This document shows positions 19,797 to 30,400 of a stretch of 64,000 nt of DNA, piece after piece. The notes below the pieces were generated by a model. That model did not search any database and was not told the origin of the DNA. It worked only from the letters and a program-made list of their open reading frames with translations. Both the position numbers and the translations under genes were made by a program. Position 1 is the first letter of the stretch, and each line of letters starts with the position of its first letter. Source of the stretch: Candidatus Saccharimonadota bacterium (GTDB lineage Bacteria > Patescibacteriota > Saccharimonadia > Saccharimonadales > Saccharimonadaceae); NCBI GenBank assembly GCA_017406985.1, contig JAFQXL010000004.1, positions 59,708 through 123,707 on the forward strand. Reading direction: 5' to 3'.

Positions 19797-20198
19797 TTAG
19801 TAAACCTTTACTAAGATTTCGCCGCCGAGACGGTTTTTACGAGCTTCTTCGCCGCTCATAATTCCCCTAGAAGTTGAGACGAGGACGATTCCGCGTCCAG
19901 ATTTAACTTTTGGGATTTCGTCTGCCGAAGCGTAAACGCGACGACCCGGTTTTGAAACCTTTGTAATTTCGTTTATCTTAGCGATTTCGCCAAGGTTGTT
20001 AATCGTAATGTGGAGGATTCCGCGAGGTTTCGCGTCTTCAACTTCGACATTAGCGAGATAACCACCTTTTTTCAAACCTTCCGCGACCGCGACTTTTAAT
20101 TTCGAGGTCGGAACACGAATTTCGTTCTTTCCAACGAGAATAGCGTTACGGATGCGGGTGATAAGGTCTGCTACTTGATCGGTTGATTGTAATGACAT
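19797..20198 (-). CDS. rpsH: 30S ribosomal protein S8
   Basis: 'DQVADLITRIRNA', 'SKPGRRVY', 'GGEILVKVY'. Confidence 0.97.
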   Translation of the reverse strand: MSLQSTDQVADLITRIRNAILVGKNEIRVPTSKLKVAVAEGLKKGGYLANVEVEDAKPRGILHITINNLGEIAKINEITKVSKPGRRVYASADEIPKVKSGRGIVLVSTSRGIMSGEEARKNRLGGEILVKVY

Positions 20199-20215
20199 AT
20201 CTTCTCCTTTCTCCT

Positions 20216-20485
20216 TTACCAGCTACTCTTGGTTACACCAGGGATTTCGCCCTTGCTTGCTTTTTCACGGAAGGTAATACGACTCATTCCGAAACGGCGC
20301 ATATAACCACGCGGACGTCCGTCGAGGAGGTCGCGATTTTTAAGGCGCGTCGGGCTAGAGTTTCGAGGGAGTTTCTGTAGGCCCTCGAGATCGCCAGCCG
20401 CTTTAAGCGCAGCGCGTTTCTCTTTATACTGGTCATACATCTTTTGTCGTTTAAGGTCACGGAGGACTGCAGATTTCTTAGCCAT
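20216..20485 (-). CDS. rpsN: 30S ribosomal protein S14 (long, Cys-free form)
   Basis: '[13 protein letters not shown]', '[11 protein letters not shown]'; start revised to MAKKS. Confidence 0.95.
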   Translation of the reverse strand: MAKKSAVLRDLKRQKMYDQYKEKRAALKAAGDLEGLQKLPRNSSPTRLKNRDLLDGRPRGYMRRFGMSRITFREKASKGEIPGVTKSSW

Positions 20486-20486
20486 C

Positions 20487-21059
20487 TTATTTCTCCTCCT
20501 TCTCAAACGGCATTCCGAAGAGTTCTAACAATTTAGTACTTCCTTCCTTTGAGCCATTTTTAATAATGAAAGTAACTTCGAGGCCGTGGAGAACGGACGA
20601 ATCTTCGAAAGTAATTTCCGGGAAGACGGTCTGTTCTTTAAGACCTAGTGAATAGTTACCCTGTTTGTCGAACGAATTTTTCGAGACGCCGTGGAAGTCA
20701 CGAACGTGCGGAAGCGCAACGTTAATTAAGCGATCGACAAATTCATACATCTTATCGTTACGAAGGGTAACGAGATAGCCGACTGGGTCGCCCATACCTT
20801 TACGAATTTTAAAGGTAGCGATCGACTTTTTCGCGAGGCGAGAAGTCGGAGCTTGTCCAGTAATCTTCGTAAGAGTTGTATTAACGGTTTCGATAAAGCG
20901 TTTATCTTCACGTTTCTTACCTACGCCACAAGAGATAACGACTTTTTCGAGTTTAGGAAGATTATTAACGTTATCGATTTTAAGTTCCTTCTCGAGAGCC
21001 TTAACATATTCTTTATTGTAGGCTTCTTTTAATCTTGGGACATATTTTTTATCAGCCAT
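20487..21059 (-). CDS. rplE: 50S ribosomal protein L5
   Basis: 'PRLKEAY', '[12 protein letters not shown]', 'RDFHG'. Confidence 0.97.
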   Translation of the reverse strand: MADKKYVPRLKEAYNKEYVKALEKELKIDNVNNLPKLEKVVISCGVGKKREDKRFIETVNTTLTKITGQAPTSRLAKKSIATFKIRKGMGDPVGYLVTLRNDKMYEFVDRLINVALPHVRDFHGVSKNSFDKQGNYSLGLKEQTVFPEITFEDSSVLHGLEVTFIIKNGSKEGSTKLLELFGMPFEKEEK

Positions 21060-21061
21060 AA

Positions 21062-21286
21062 TTACTTACCCTCCTTCTTTAAGTTAGAGAGATGGATTCC
21101 GACATGAATATCCTTTTTACCGGCATTGCGGTAAGCGCTTTTTGCGACGTGACGTTCACGAACGCCAATTCCTTCAATAAGCGCGAGGTTATTTTTTCGG
21201 TCCATTTTAACGATTTTTCCGGATTTACCTTTATTTCCACCCGCAATAATCGTTACTTTATCGCCGGATTTTAGATTCTGTGCCAT
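21062..21286 (-). CDS. rplX: 50S ribosomal protein L24 (short)
   Basis: KOW motif 'GDKVTIIAGGNKGKSG'; operon position. Confidence 0.9.
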   Translation of the reverse strand: MAQNLKSGDKVTIIAGGNKGKSGKIVKMDRKNNLALIEGIGVRERHVAKSAYRNAGKKDIHVGIHLSNLKKEGK

Positions 21287-21287
21287 A

Positions 21288-21656
21288 TTAGAGTACCTCC
21301 GGTGCTAAGCTGATAATTTTATTAAAGCCGAGGTCGCGAAGCTCACGCGGGACCGGTCCGAAGACACGAGTTCCACGCGGAGTTTTATCGTCGTTAATTA
21401 AGACGGCGGCGTTGTCGTCGAAACGGATGGTCGAGCCATCTGGACGACGAATCTGACCGCGAGTTCGGACGATAACTGCGCGAACGACTGCTTTTTTCTT
21501 GACGTTTCCGGTCGGGGAAGCGTCTTTAACACTCGCTGTAACGATATCGCCAACGCGAGCATAGCGGGCGCGAGTACCGCCGAGGACACGGATCACTCCA
21601 AGTTCCTTGGCGCCACTGTTATCAGCGACGTGTAATCTAGTTTCCTGCTGTATCAC
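21288..21656 (-). CDS. rplN: 50S ribosomal protein L14
   Basis: '[17 protein letters not shown]...LAPEVL'. Confidence 0.97.
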   Translation of the reverse strand: MIQQETRLHVADNSGAKELGVIRVLGGTRARYARVGDIVTASVKDASPTGNVKKKAVVRAVIVRTRGQIRRPDGSTIRFDDNAAVLINDDKTPRGTRVFGPVPRELRDLGFNKIISLAPEVL

Positions 21657-21658
21657 AA

Positions 21659-21982
21659 CTAATTCTCCTTTTCTTCAGCGTCTTCGACCTTTTTAGTGAC
21701 GCCTTCGATTTCATTAACATCTTCTTTAAGCGCGACGATGCCGTGAGACTTCTCGAGGACTTTAACTAATTTATAGCTACAAGTCTTAGAGAACGGACGG
21801 CAGGCCTCAATCTCGACTTTATCGCCAAGCGCGGCCTCATTTTTCTCGTCGTGAGCAGTATATTTTCGCGTATGCGAGAACTGTTTACGATAGAGAGGAT
21901 GAGTTTCGCGAGAGGTAATCGAGACGGTGATAGTCTTATCACGCTTGTCGGAAGTAACGGTACCGATTAATGTCTGTGCCAT
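21659..21982 (-). CDS. rpsQ: 30S ribosomal protein S17
   Basis: '[11 protein letters not shown]', 'HPLY', 'AHDE', 'RPFSK'. Confidence 0.95.
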   Translation of the reverse strand: MAQTLIGTVTSDKRDKTITVSITSRETHPLYRKQFSHTRKYTAHDEKNEAALGDKVEIEACRPFSKTCSYKLVKVLEKSHGIVALKEDVNEIEGVTKKVEDAEEKEN

Positions 21983-22188
21983 TACTTATCTCCTTTCTCT
22001 TTTGCGGAGTTTTCCGCGGTTAATTTTCGAGCAATCTCTTTACGGATCGCTTTAATATGATGTGGATTCGCTAGAGTTCCGTCGAAGAGACCTTTCTGAG
22101 CGAGGAGAAGGTCAGCTTTTAATTCAGTGACAGTCTTCTTGCTCATGTCGGCTTTCGGAGCTTTCTTTGTAGCTTTTTTATCTGCCAT
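21982..22188 (-). CDS. rpmC: 50S ribosomal protein L29
   Basis: 'NPHHIKAIRKEIAR'; lies between rplP and rpsQ. Confidence 0.9.
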   Translation of the reverse strand: MADKKATKKAPKADMSKKTVTELKADLLLAQKGLFDGTLANPHHIKAIRKEIARKLTAENSAKEKGDK

Positions 22189-22190
22189 AA

Positions 22191-22610
22191 TTAGAACTCC
22201 TCTCTCTTAACGATTTTACAGCGAACTGGAAGTTTGTGTGATGCTAGACGAAGAGCTTCTTTAGCCTGTTCTTCGGTTACGTCCGCGATTTCGAACATAA
22301 TCGTTCCAGCTTTAACTTTAGCGACGAAGAACTGCGGTTCGCCTTTACCACTACCCATCTTAACATCAAGAGGTTTCTTGGTAACAGGGGTGTGCGGGAA
22401 AATACGAATCCAGATTTTACCACCACGCTTAACATAACGGGTAATGGCTTGACGAGCAGCCTCGATTTGTTTCGAGTTAATGCGTTCGTTATCAAGCGAC
22501 ATTAGACCATAATCGCCGAAAGCGACATAATTACAGCGGGTAGCAACGCCTTCGTTTTTACCTTTGCGGACCTTACGGTGAGCGGTTTTCTTTGGAAGTA
22601 GAATAGCCAT
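22191..22610 (-). CDS. rplP: 50S ribosomal protein L16
   Basis: 'QIEAAR', 'WIRIFP', 'MGSGKG'. Confidence 0.97.
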   Translation of the reverse strand: MAILLPKKTAHRKVRKGKNEGVATRCNYVAFGDYGLMSLDNERINSKQIEAARQAITRYVKRGGKIWIRIFPHTPVTKKPLDVKMGSGKGEPQFFVAKVKAGTIMFEIADVTEEQAKEALRLASHKLPVRCKIVKREEF

Positions 22611-23239
22611 TAGTGTTTCTCCCCTTTATAGATCCAAACCTTCACGCCGACGATACCTGCGATTGTAGGTGCGTGATGGCAGTAGAAATCGATATCAGCA
22701 CGAAGAGTATGTAGAGGGACGGAGCCTTCAATAAACTTTTCGCGACGAGACATCTCTGCGCCGTTAAGACGACCAGCAACTTCGATACGAACACCTTTAG
22801 CGCCGGCAGCCATTGTAGACTGGCAAGCCATTTTAACCGCGCGACGGAAGTTCATACGCTTTCCGAGCTGAAAACCGATATTCTCGGCAACGAGTTTAGC
22901 GGAAAGTTCTGGTTTCTTAACCTCTTCAACATTAAGACGAATTGGCTGAGAGACGAATTTCTCAAGTTCTTTCTTTAATTCGTTAATACCGGCGCCCTGT
23001 TTTCCGATTACCGCGCCAGCCTTTGCGGTCTGGATTGTGACGGTTGTAAGGTTATCAGTACGCTCGATATTGATTTTTGCGATAGTTGGGCGAGCCTTGA
23101 AGCGTTCTTCAATTGTCTCGCGAATCTTAATATCTTCAACTAACCATTTTCTAAAATCGGTTTTCTTAGTAAACCACTTCGAAGACCAATCTTTACTAAC
23201 CTGAAGACGATAAGATAATGGATTAACTTTCTGTCCCAT
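22610..23239 (-). CDS. rpsC: 30S ribosomal protein S3
   Basis: 'MGQKVNP', 'GRLNGAEM', 'VPLHTLRADID'. Confidence 0.97.
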   Translation of the reverse strand: MGQKVNPLSYRLQVSKDWSSKWFTKKTDFRKWLVEDIKIRETIEERFKARPTIAKINIERTDNLTTVTIQTAKAGAVIGKQGAGINELKKELEKFVSQPIRLNVEEVKKPELSAKLVAENIGFQLGKRMNFRRAVKMACQSTMAAGAKGVRIEVAGRLNGAEMSRREKFIEGSVPLHTLRADIDFYCHHAPTIAGIVGVKVWIYKGEKH

Positions 23240-23631
23240 TACTTCTCCTCCTTCTCAGCTTTTTTCGTAGTAGCTTTTTTAGCTTTCTCTTCTCCAGCAA
23301 CTTCGACAAAGATGTTGCTAGAAACTTTTTCGAAAGGTAAAGCGCGACCACGCGAAGCTGGAACATAACGACGAATACGAGTTCCGGCGGTAACCGAGAT
23401 ACGAGCAACGCGGATTGTCTTTGGATCAATCGAAGCGCCAGAGTTTAAAAGATTTGCTTTAGCGGATTCGATCGCCTTTTTAACCGGGCGAGCAGCACGG
23501 CGAGGCGTATTCTCCAAAATGACGAGAGCGTCAGCGACGTAACGGTCGCGAGCGAGGCTAGCAACGATGCTAGTTTTTCTCGGCATAACGTCGATTCCTT
23601 TAATATATGCATGAGCAAATTTAGTAGCCAT
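23239..23631 (-). CDS. rplV: 50S ribosomal protein L22
   Basis: 'PRKTSIVA', 'SAKAN', 'PASRGRA'. Confidence 0.93.
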   Translation of the reverse strand: MATKFAHAYIKGIDVMPRKTSIVASLARDRYVADALVILENTPRRAARPVKKAIESAKANLLNSGASIDPKTIRVARISVTAGTRIRRYVPASRGRALPFEKVSSNIFVEVAGEEKAKKATTKKAEKEEK

Positions 23632-23927
23632 TATGCGGTACCTCCTTTTGCTGCGGCAGCTTCAGCGGCTTTTTTACCGCCGTGACGTCTAAACGTCCTA
23701 GTTGGGGCAAACTCGCCGAGTTTATGACCGACCATGTTTTCCGAGATAAGAACCGGAATGTGTTTGCGACCGTTATGAACGGCGATGGTGCGTCCGACCA
23801 TTTCTGGAGAAATTGCCGAGTTACGCGCCCATGTTTTCACAATAGTACGATCTTCGAGCGAGAGAGCCTTGATTTTCTTCTCAAGTTTGTAATCTACAAA
23901 CGGGCCTTTTTTGAGACTTCTACTCAT
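23631..23927 (-). CDS. rpsS: 30S ribosomal protein S19
   Basis: '[10 protein letters not shown]', '[11 protein letters not shown]'. Confidence 0.97.
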   Translation of the reverse strand: MSRSLKKGPFVDYKLEKKIKALSLEDRTIVKTWARNSAISPEMVGRTIAVHNGRKHIPVLISENMVGHKLGEFAPTRTFRRHGGKKAAEAAAAKGGTA

Positions 23928-23930
23928 AGA

Positions 23931-24767
23931 TTATTTCCTCTTTCCTTCGTGTCGACTACGCACGATCATTTTATTAGTTTTCTTATTATGGCGAGTACGG
24001 TAACCAAGGGTTAACTGTCCCCAAGGAGTTCGCGGAGCCTTACCTGAACCGTGACGACCACCGTCACCACCACCGTGTGGGTGATCTGTTGCGTTCATAA
24101 CGACACCACGGACTGTCGGGCGAATACCTTTACGGCGATTACGACCAGCAGCACCCTTTTTAACGTTCTGATGTTGGATATTCGAAACAGTTCCGATACT
24201 AGCTTCGCAAGTTTCGAGAACTTTACGAACTTCGCCAGAAGGCATACGAAGAGTAGCGTAGCCATCTTCTTTAGCCATTAACTGTGCGCTTGCGCCAGCG
24301 GAGCGAACCATCTGCGCGCCACGGCCCGGAGTAAGTTCAATCGCATAAACGACTGTACCGACCGGAATCTGAGCGAGCGGAAGACGATTCGAAGTTTCAA
24401 CTGGAGCTTCGTCGCCAGTTTCAATCTTTGAACCTTTTACCATCTCGGTATTAGCGAGAATGTAATAATAAACACCGTTCTGATCTTTAACGCGAGCGAT
24501 TCGAGCGCTTCGGTTTGGATCATATTCAATCTCTTCGACAGTTAACTTTAAGTTCTTCGGGAGATTATGAGTAAGAAGACGATAGTGGCGTTTTACGCCG
24601 CCGCCACGATGGCGAACGGTAATACGACCTTGGTTGTTCTTACCAGCGTTCTGTTTCTTAGCCTTAAGTAAAGACTTAAGAGGTTTTTTAGTTGTAATTT
24701 GATCGAAATCCTGAGTCGTCTTTTGACGCTGAGCAGGAGTGGTTGGGCGATATGCTTTAATTGCCAT
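23931..24767 (-). CDS. rplB: 50S ribosomal protein L2
   Basis: 'HRGGG', 'EYDPNRSARIA', 'DHPHGGG'. Confidence 0.97.
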   Translation of the reverse strand: MAIKAYRPTTPAQRQKTTQDFDQITTKKPLKSLLKAKKQNAGKNNQGRITVRHRGGGVKRHYRLLTHNLPKNLKLTVEEIEYDPNRSARIARVKDQNGVYYYILANTEMVKGSKIETGDEAPVETSNRLPLAQIPVGTVVYAIELTPGRGAQMVRSAGASAQLMAKEDGYATLRMPSGEVRKVLETCEASIGTVSNIQHQNVKKGAAGRNRRKGIRPTVRGVVMNATDHPHGGGDGGRHGSGKAPRTPWGQLTLGYRTRHNKKTNKMIVRSRHEGKRK

Positions 24768-25180
24768 TACTTCTCTCCTTTCTTCTCAGTTTTCTTAGTT
24801 TCTTTAGTTTCTTTCTTCTTCTGATTCTTCGAATCAGACGCCTCTGCTCTCGTTCGAGACGAAGAACTCTTCGAGCTCTTCTCCTCTCCCTCGTTTGAGT
24901 CGTCGAAGACTTTGATTTTATCTCCATCTTTAAGAGTAACGTAAGCTAATTTCTTATCACGACGGAAAGTTGTTCCTGGATAAGCATGTTTACCCTTAGA
25001 ATAGCGGATAGATTTACCCTTACGGGTTAAGACGCGAATATCTTTAACGGTGACATTGAATTGTTCCTCGACGGCTTTTCTGATAGCTTGTTTCGAGCCA
25101 TTTTCCGGAACGTAGAAGACATACGTGTTTTTTGCCTGCTGCCCATAAGTTTTTTCAGTTGCGCGAGGGATAACTAACAT
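24767..25180 (-). CDS. rplW: 50S ribosomal protein L23 with low-complexity C-terminal tail
   Basis: 'PRATEK', 'KKLAYVTL'; operon position. Confidence 0.9.
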   Translation of the reverse strand: MLVIPRATEKTYGQQAKNTYVFYVPENGSKQAIRKAVEEQFNVTVKDIRVLTRKGKSIRYSKGKHAYPGTTFRRDKKLAYVTLKDGDKIKVFDDSNEGEEKSSKSSSSRTRAEASDSKNQKKKETKETKKTEKKGEK

Positions 25181-25782
25181 TATTTGTTCTCCTTTCCGAG
25201 CAACCAGCTCTCAGTATCTTTCAAACCTTCTCCGCCGAAGACGATAGCATCAGCATTCATAATGTCGAAGACGTTGAGATAAGTTCCACGAACGAGTTTA
25301 ACATTAGGAAGGTTATTAGTCGAGCGAAGGATTTCGTCGGTTTTCTCGTGACAGACGGCGAGAACGTTTTTATTCTCAAGGTCATGTTTCTTTAAAATAG
25401 CGACTGCATCTTTCGTTTTACCTTTAAGTTTTTCAGAACTGTCAAGAACGATAATTGCTTTATCTTTATTCTTGAGGGAGAGAGCCTGCTGTACTGCGAC
25501 TTTCTTAGCGTTTCTAGCGAGATTCTTTGTAAAGTTCTCTTCGCCAGAACGACCGCCAGCGACACCACCATGGCGCCAGATAGGGTTTCTTGTCGAGCCG
25601 AAACGAGCGCGACCGGTTCCTTTCTGTTTCCAAGGTTTCTTACCACCACCGCGGACTTCGCCACGCTTTAGAGTTTTAGCGTGAGAGCTACGGGAGTTAG
25701 CAAGATAGCTATCGTAAGCGACTTTAATTAATTCGTGATTTGTAACTTCGAGATCGAAGATATCTGGATTTAAATCTGCCAT
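25180..25782 (-). CDS. rplD: 50S ribosomal protein L4
   Basis: 'EVRGGGKKPWKQKGTGRAR'. Confidence 0.97.
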   Translation of the reverse strand: MADLNPDIFDLEVTNHELIKVAYDSYLANSRSSHAKTLKRGEVRGGGKKPWKQKGTGRARFGSTRNPIWRHGGVAGGRSGEENFTKNLARNAKKVAVQQALSLKNKDKAIIVLDSSEKLKGKTKDAVAILKKHDLENKNVLAVCHEKTDEILRSTNNLPNVKLVRGTYLNVFDIMNADAIVFGGEGLKDTESWLLGKENK

Positions 25783-25783
25783 A

Positions 25784-26395
25784 TTACTCCTTTCCCTCCA
25801 CAGTTACAATACCTTTTTTCGGTCCAGGGACTGCGCCTTTAAGACCGAGAATGTTATTTTCCTTGTCGATATAAGCGACGACGAGGTTTTTAACAGTAAC
25901 CTGATCGTGGCCCATGCGACCTGGCATCTTTTTACCCTTGAAGACTTTTTGTGGATACATCGAGCCGATCGAACCGACGCGACGAATGTTCCCCTTGAAG
26001 CCGTGGGTATTTCTGGACTCTTCGAAGTTCCAGCGTTTAACGGTACCGGCGAAGCCTTTACCCTTGCTTGTGCCAGTAACCGTAACCTTGTCGCCGATTT
26101 CGAACGCCTCGACAGAGATACTGTCGCCGACTTTCATTTCGGTTTCGGAATCCGTACGAAATTCCTTTAAGATTTTAGGAGTGACACTAGCCGTTTTGAC
26201 GTGGCCAGTAACCGACTTGCTCAGATTCTTACCCTGACCGTAACCGAATTGAACAGCGTTATAACCGTCTTTTTCGACAGTTTTAATCTGAGTCGCTGTA
26301 ATCGGGCCAGCTTGGAGGATAGTTACAGGAGTAACTAAGCCATCTTCGCCGATGATCTGGGTCATACCAACTTTGGTGCCGATGATAACTTTCAT
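25784..26395 (-). CDS. rplC: 50S ribosomal protein L3
   Basis: 'GTKVGMTQ', 'SKGKGFAG', 'KMPGRMG', 'GAVPG'. Confidence 0.97.
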   Translation of the reverse strand: MKVIIGTKVGMTQIIGEDGLVTPVTILQAGPITATQIKTVEKDGYNAVQFGYGQGKNLSKSVTGHVKTASVTPKILKEFRTDSETEMKVGDSISVEAFEIGDKVTVTGTSKGKGFAGTVKRWNFEESRNTHGFKGNIRRVGSIGSMYPQKVFKGKKMPGRMGHDQVTVKNLVVAYIDKENNILGLKGAVPGPKKGIVTVEGKE

Positions 26396-26710
26396 CTTAT
26401 CCTTTCCTTTATGGAGACACTCTTATACCTAGACAATTTGGAGAGTTCCGCTACGATTCGCTGTTTGGCCTTTTTTCTCTGTTATTTTAGAGAAAAATAC
26501 AGTAGGAGCCGTAGGGCTTTTCCTCTTGTCTAGTCACTCAAATGTCACCTTGATAAACTATACTTAATGATTATACTACAGATTTTAAGATTTTACAAGG
26601 GGTAAAATTAGCTTATCTTTACAAAAAGCTTAAAATATGTTATAATGGAATTAGTAACTCGATACCGAGGTGGTTTTTTCGGTATGGCACATCACAGAAG
26701 GAGGTTTCGT

Positions 26711-27298
26711 ATGAAAAGAAACTATTTCAAAAGAAGAGGTAACCTGTTAACCATGGCACTTGTCGTCGCGCTCACTCTTATGAGCGTTTTTCCAAGCCTA
26801 ACGGTCTTCGCTTCAACGACTCAGTATGAAAGATACTGGAACGACGCGGATGACGACGATTGGGACTGGGATGAGGACGAAGATGCCCGCTACAACAAGG
26901 GCGCGAAATACTTAAAACTCGGAAAGACTAATTATTTCTCCGACGTTAAAGGTTCGCGCTATGGCAAGTATGTAAACTGGTGCGCGAAGCACGGCTTACT
27001 GAAGAAAGTTGCTAAGAAAGGCAAGAAGTTCTATCCCGACAAGATTATGACGAAAAAAGAGTTACGCCAGATATTAAAAAACGGTTACGGCTCGGAACTC
27101 TCAATGAAAGTTGGCTCTTCGAAAGCGCCGGTTACACAGAAATATTTCTGTAACCTAACCGCAAAAGCGGCGAAACAGCTTGGCTATAAGCTGAGCTGGA
27201 ACGATATTTCGAAAAGCCAAATGGACCGCGGAATGGTTTGTTATTGCGTCTATCAGATGATAAAAACAAGCCAAGGTGCGATGTATACCATTGATTAA
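26711..27298 (+). CDS. Secreted S-layer homology (SLH) domain protein
   Basis: Signal peptide ending 'VFA'; SLH-like 'FSDVKGSRYGKYVNWCAKHGLL...FYPDKIMTKKEL'; SD aggagg; start revised to 26711. Confidence 0.7.
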   Translation: MKRNYFKRRGNLLTMALVVALTLMSVFPSLTVFASTTQYERYWNDADDDDWDWDEDEDARYNKGAKYLKLGKTNYFSDVKGSRYGKYVNWCAKHGLLKKVAKKGKKFYPDKIMTKKELRQILKNGYGSELSMKVGSSKAPVTQKYFCNLTAKAAKQLGYKLSWNDISKSQMDRGMVCYCVYQMIKTSQGAMYTID

Positions 27299-27406
27299 AA
27301 CCATTGCTATTCTCGCTTCTTGAAAAGTCTTTCAACAAATCCAACTTAGTTCTTTAATTTCTACAAAAAGGGGCTAGTCTTTCGGCTAACCCCTTATTTT
27401 TATGTT

Positions 27407-30400
27407 TTAGGCTTCTTTAACCTCTTCGGCAATTTCTTCCTCAGAGACGCCTTCTTCTCTAGCATCTAATCTCGCCTGAACTTCAGCCGGATCTTCCGCC
27501 GGGATTGGGTCTTTACCTGTTCCTACCGGAATCTTACGTCCGATAATGACGTTTTCCTTTAGACCGTGGAGCTTATCGACGCGTCCGTTAATCGAAGCGT
27601 TAATAAGAACGCGAGTTGTATCCTGGAAGGAAGCCGCCGAGAGGAACGAGTCGCTCCAAATTGAGACTTTCGTAATACCGAGAAGAAGCTGAGTATATTT
27701 CGCCGGAGCTTTCTTCTTTTTCGCGAGTTCTTCGTTTTCAGCGACGACCGCAGCGTTAGAAACAATGTCGCCAACGACAAAGTTTGAATCGCCTTCTTCG
27801 TCGATTACGACGCGCGAGAACATCTGGCGGACGATAATCTCAAGGTGTTTCGCCGAGATTTCGTGACCCTGAGCGGCATAGACCGCGAGGACGTCGTTCA
27901 TAATATAACGAGCAGTTTCTTCTGCGCCTTTATATTTAAGCTGATCTTGAAGGTTAAGAGAACCAGTAGTTAAGCGATCACCAGCGGAGACAGTATCGCC
28001 AGATTTAACGAGCATTTCTGCTTCGACCGGGATTTCAATCTTAACTGGAGAGCCAGCATCGGCAGTAAGGACGATTCCGCCCTCAACGAGCTGAGCAATT
28101 CCGTCGAAGCTTGCGACGATTGGCTCGACGCCTTTATTCTTCGAAGCGATAACATCGCCAGCTTTAACTTTAGCGCCGTCTTTAACCTTCGCGCGACGAC
28201 CTTCAAGCATAACTTTTTCGGTTTTACCAGCGAGCGGAGTAATTTGGACGACGTAGTGATTACCGTCTTCCCAGACTTCGCAGGTTCCGTCGATAGTCGA
28301 AATCCAAGCCTGACCTTTCGGATTTCTAGCCTCGAGAAGCTCCTCAACACGCGGAAGACCGCGAGCAATCGCACCAGAACCCGCAACACCAGAACCGTGT
28401 TTCGTATCGAGGGTAAGCTGGGTACCCGGTTCGCCGAGCGACTGTGCCGCGATAACGCCGACCGGCTGATTTGCGGCGACGAGCGAACGAGTCGACATGT
28501 CGATTCCGTAAGCCTTACGAGGGATACCATTAACGGCCTTAGTCGTAAGAATCGACTGGATTTTAACAGATTCGATATTATCGTCTTCGTCGAGCTGAGC
28601 TGCGATTTCAGGAGTAATTAGTTCGTCAGCTTCGAGATAGCCTGGGATAGGAGCGGCAGTAAAGCGGCCCGAAATCCAAGCGCTAAATTCGACGCCGGCA
28701 TCTCTAACTTCACTCTTAATCACGGTAAAGCCTGGATCTTCAGCTTCTTCGTCGGTCGTAAAGACATCTTGAGCGACATCAACGAGACGACGGGTTAGAT
28801 AACCAGAGTCCGCAGTACGGAGAGCGGTCGAAACCTGTCCCTGACGAGCGCCTCGAGTCGCAATGAAGGATTCGAGAGTGTTAAGACCTTGTTTATAAGA
28901 ACTCTTAACCGGAAGCTCGATTTCGTTGTTGTTAATATCGACCATGATACCGATTTCTGCCGAAGCGAGCTTAATGTTGCTGACGGAACCACGAGCACCA
29001 GAATTTGTCATAACCGCGATGTCGGTATCGAGAGTAGATAACTTGTCCTTAAGGAAGTCGGAAATCTTCTTATCGATATCACGCCAGTTAGCGATTGTAA
29101 GTTTCTGACGTTCTTCTTCAGTAACGAGACCTTGGTTAAACTGATCCTGAATAAGAGCAGTTTTCGAGTCGCCTTCGGCGATGAAATCTTGAATTTCTGG
29201 ATAAGTCGGGTAGTCGTCTTTACAGGTAGAGACAGACGCAACCGTTTCATATTCGAACGCAAGATTCTTGAGAGCATCAGCGGTTTTAACGGTAACTTCT
29301 GGACCATAGTTATCGAAGATGTTCGCCATAACCTTCTTAAGTTGTTTGCTAGTCTGGACATTATTATCGAACGGATAATCTTCAGGGAGAATCTCGTTAA
29401 AGATAACACGACCGAGAGTTGTATTTCGAATCTCTTTTTTCGCGAAGACGCGAATCGGAGTCTGGAGTGCGATATCGCCGTTATCATAAGCCATTTCTGC
29501 TTCATAAATCGAAGAGTAGGCTTTAACGTTTTCAGTATCGGTTCCTGGTTTATCATAGGTTAGATAATAGATACCGAGAACAACGTCCTGATAAATAGCG
29601 AGAACAGGTGCACCATCAGCCGGCTTAAGTAAGTTTTTACCAGCAGACATAAGTTCGCGAGCCTCGGCTTGCGCCTCGTCGGAAAGCGGAAGGTGAACCG
29701 CCATCTGGTCACCATCATAGTCCGCGTTAAAGCCTGAAGCGACGAGCGGATGAAGCTGGATAGCTTTACCGTCGATAAGCTTTGGCTGGAACGCTTGAAT
29801 CGAGAGACGGTGAAGAGACGGAGCACGGTTTAAGAGGACGTAACGGCCTTTAATTACTTCGTCGAGCGCATCCCAAACAACCGATTCGCCAGCTTCAATC
29901 ATTCTTGAAGCGATACGAGGGTTTGTCGCGTGTTCATTAGAAATGAGCCAAGAGACAACGAACGGCTTAAAGAGCTCGAGCGCCATCTGTTTCGGAAGAC
30001 CACATTCGTTAAGCTTCAAATCTGGACCGACAACGATAACCGAACGACCAGAATAGTCGACACGTTTACCGAGAAGGTTCTGGCGGAAGCGTCCCTGTTT
30101 ACCTTTAAGAAGGTCAGAGAGGGATTTAAGTTTCCTACGACCGTTCTGAGAGTTCGCAGCGCGACCATGAGAAGCGTTATTGTCGATAAGAGCATCGACC
30201 GCCTCTTGAAGCATACGCATCTCGTTATGAACGATAACTTCTGGGGCGTTAAGATCTAATAGCTTTTTAAGGCGGTTATTACGGTTAATAACACGACGAT
30301 AGAGGTCGTTTAAGTCCGAAGTCGCGAAACGACCGCCTGGAAGAGCAATCATTGGGCGAAGATCCGGAGGGATAACCGGAATAACAGTTAAGATTAGGTC

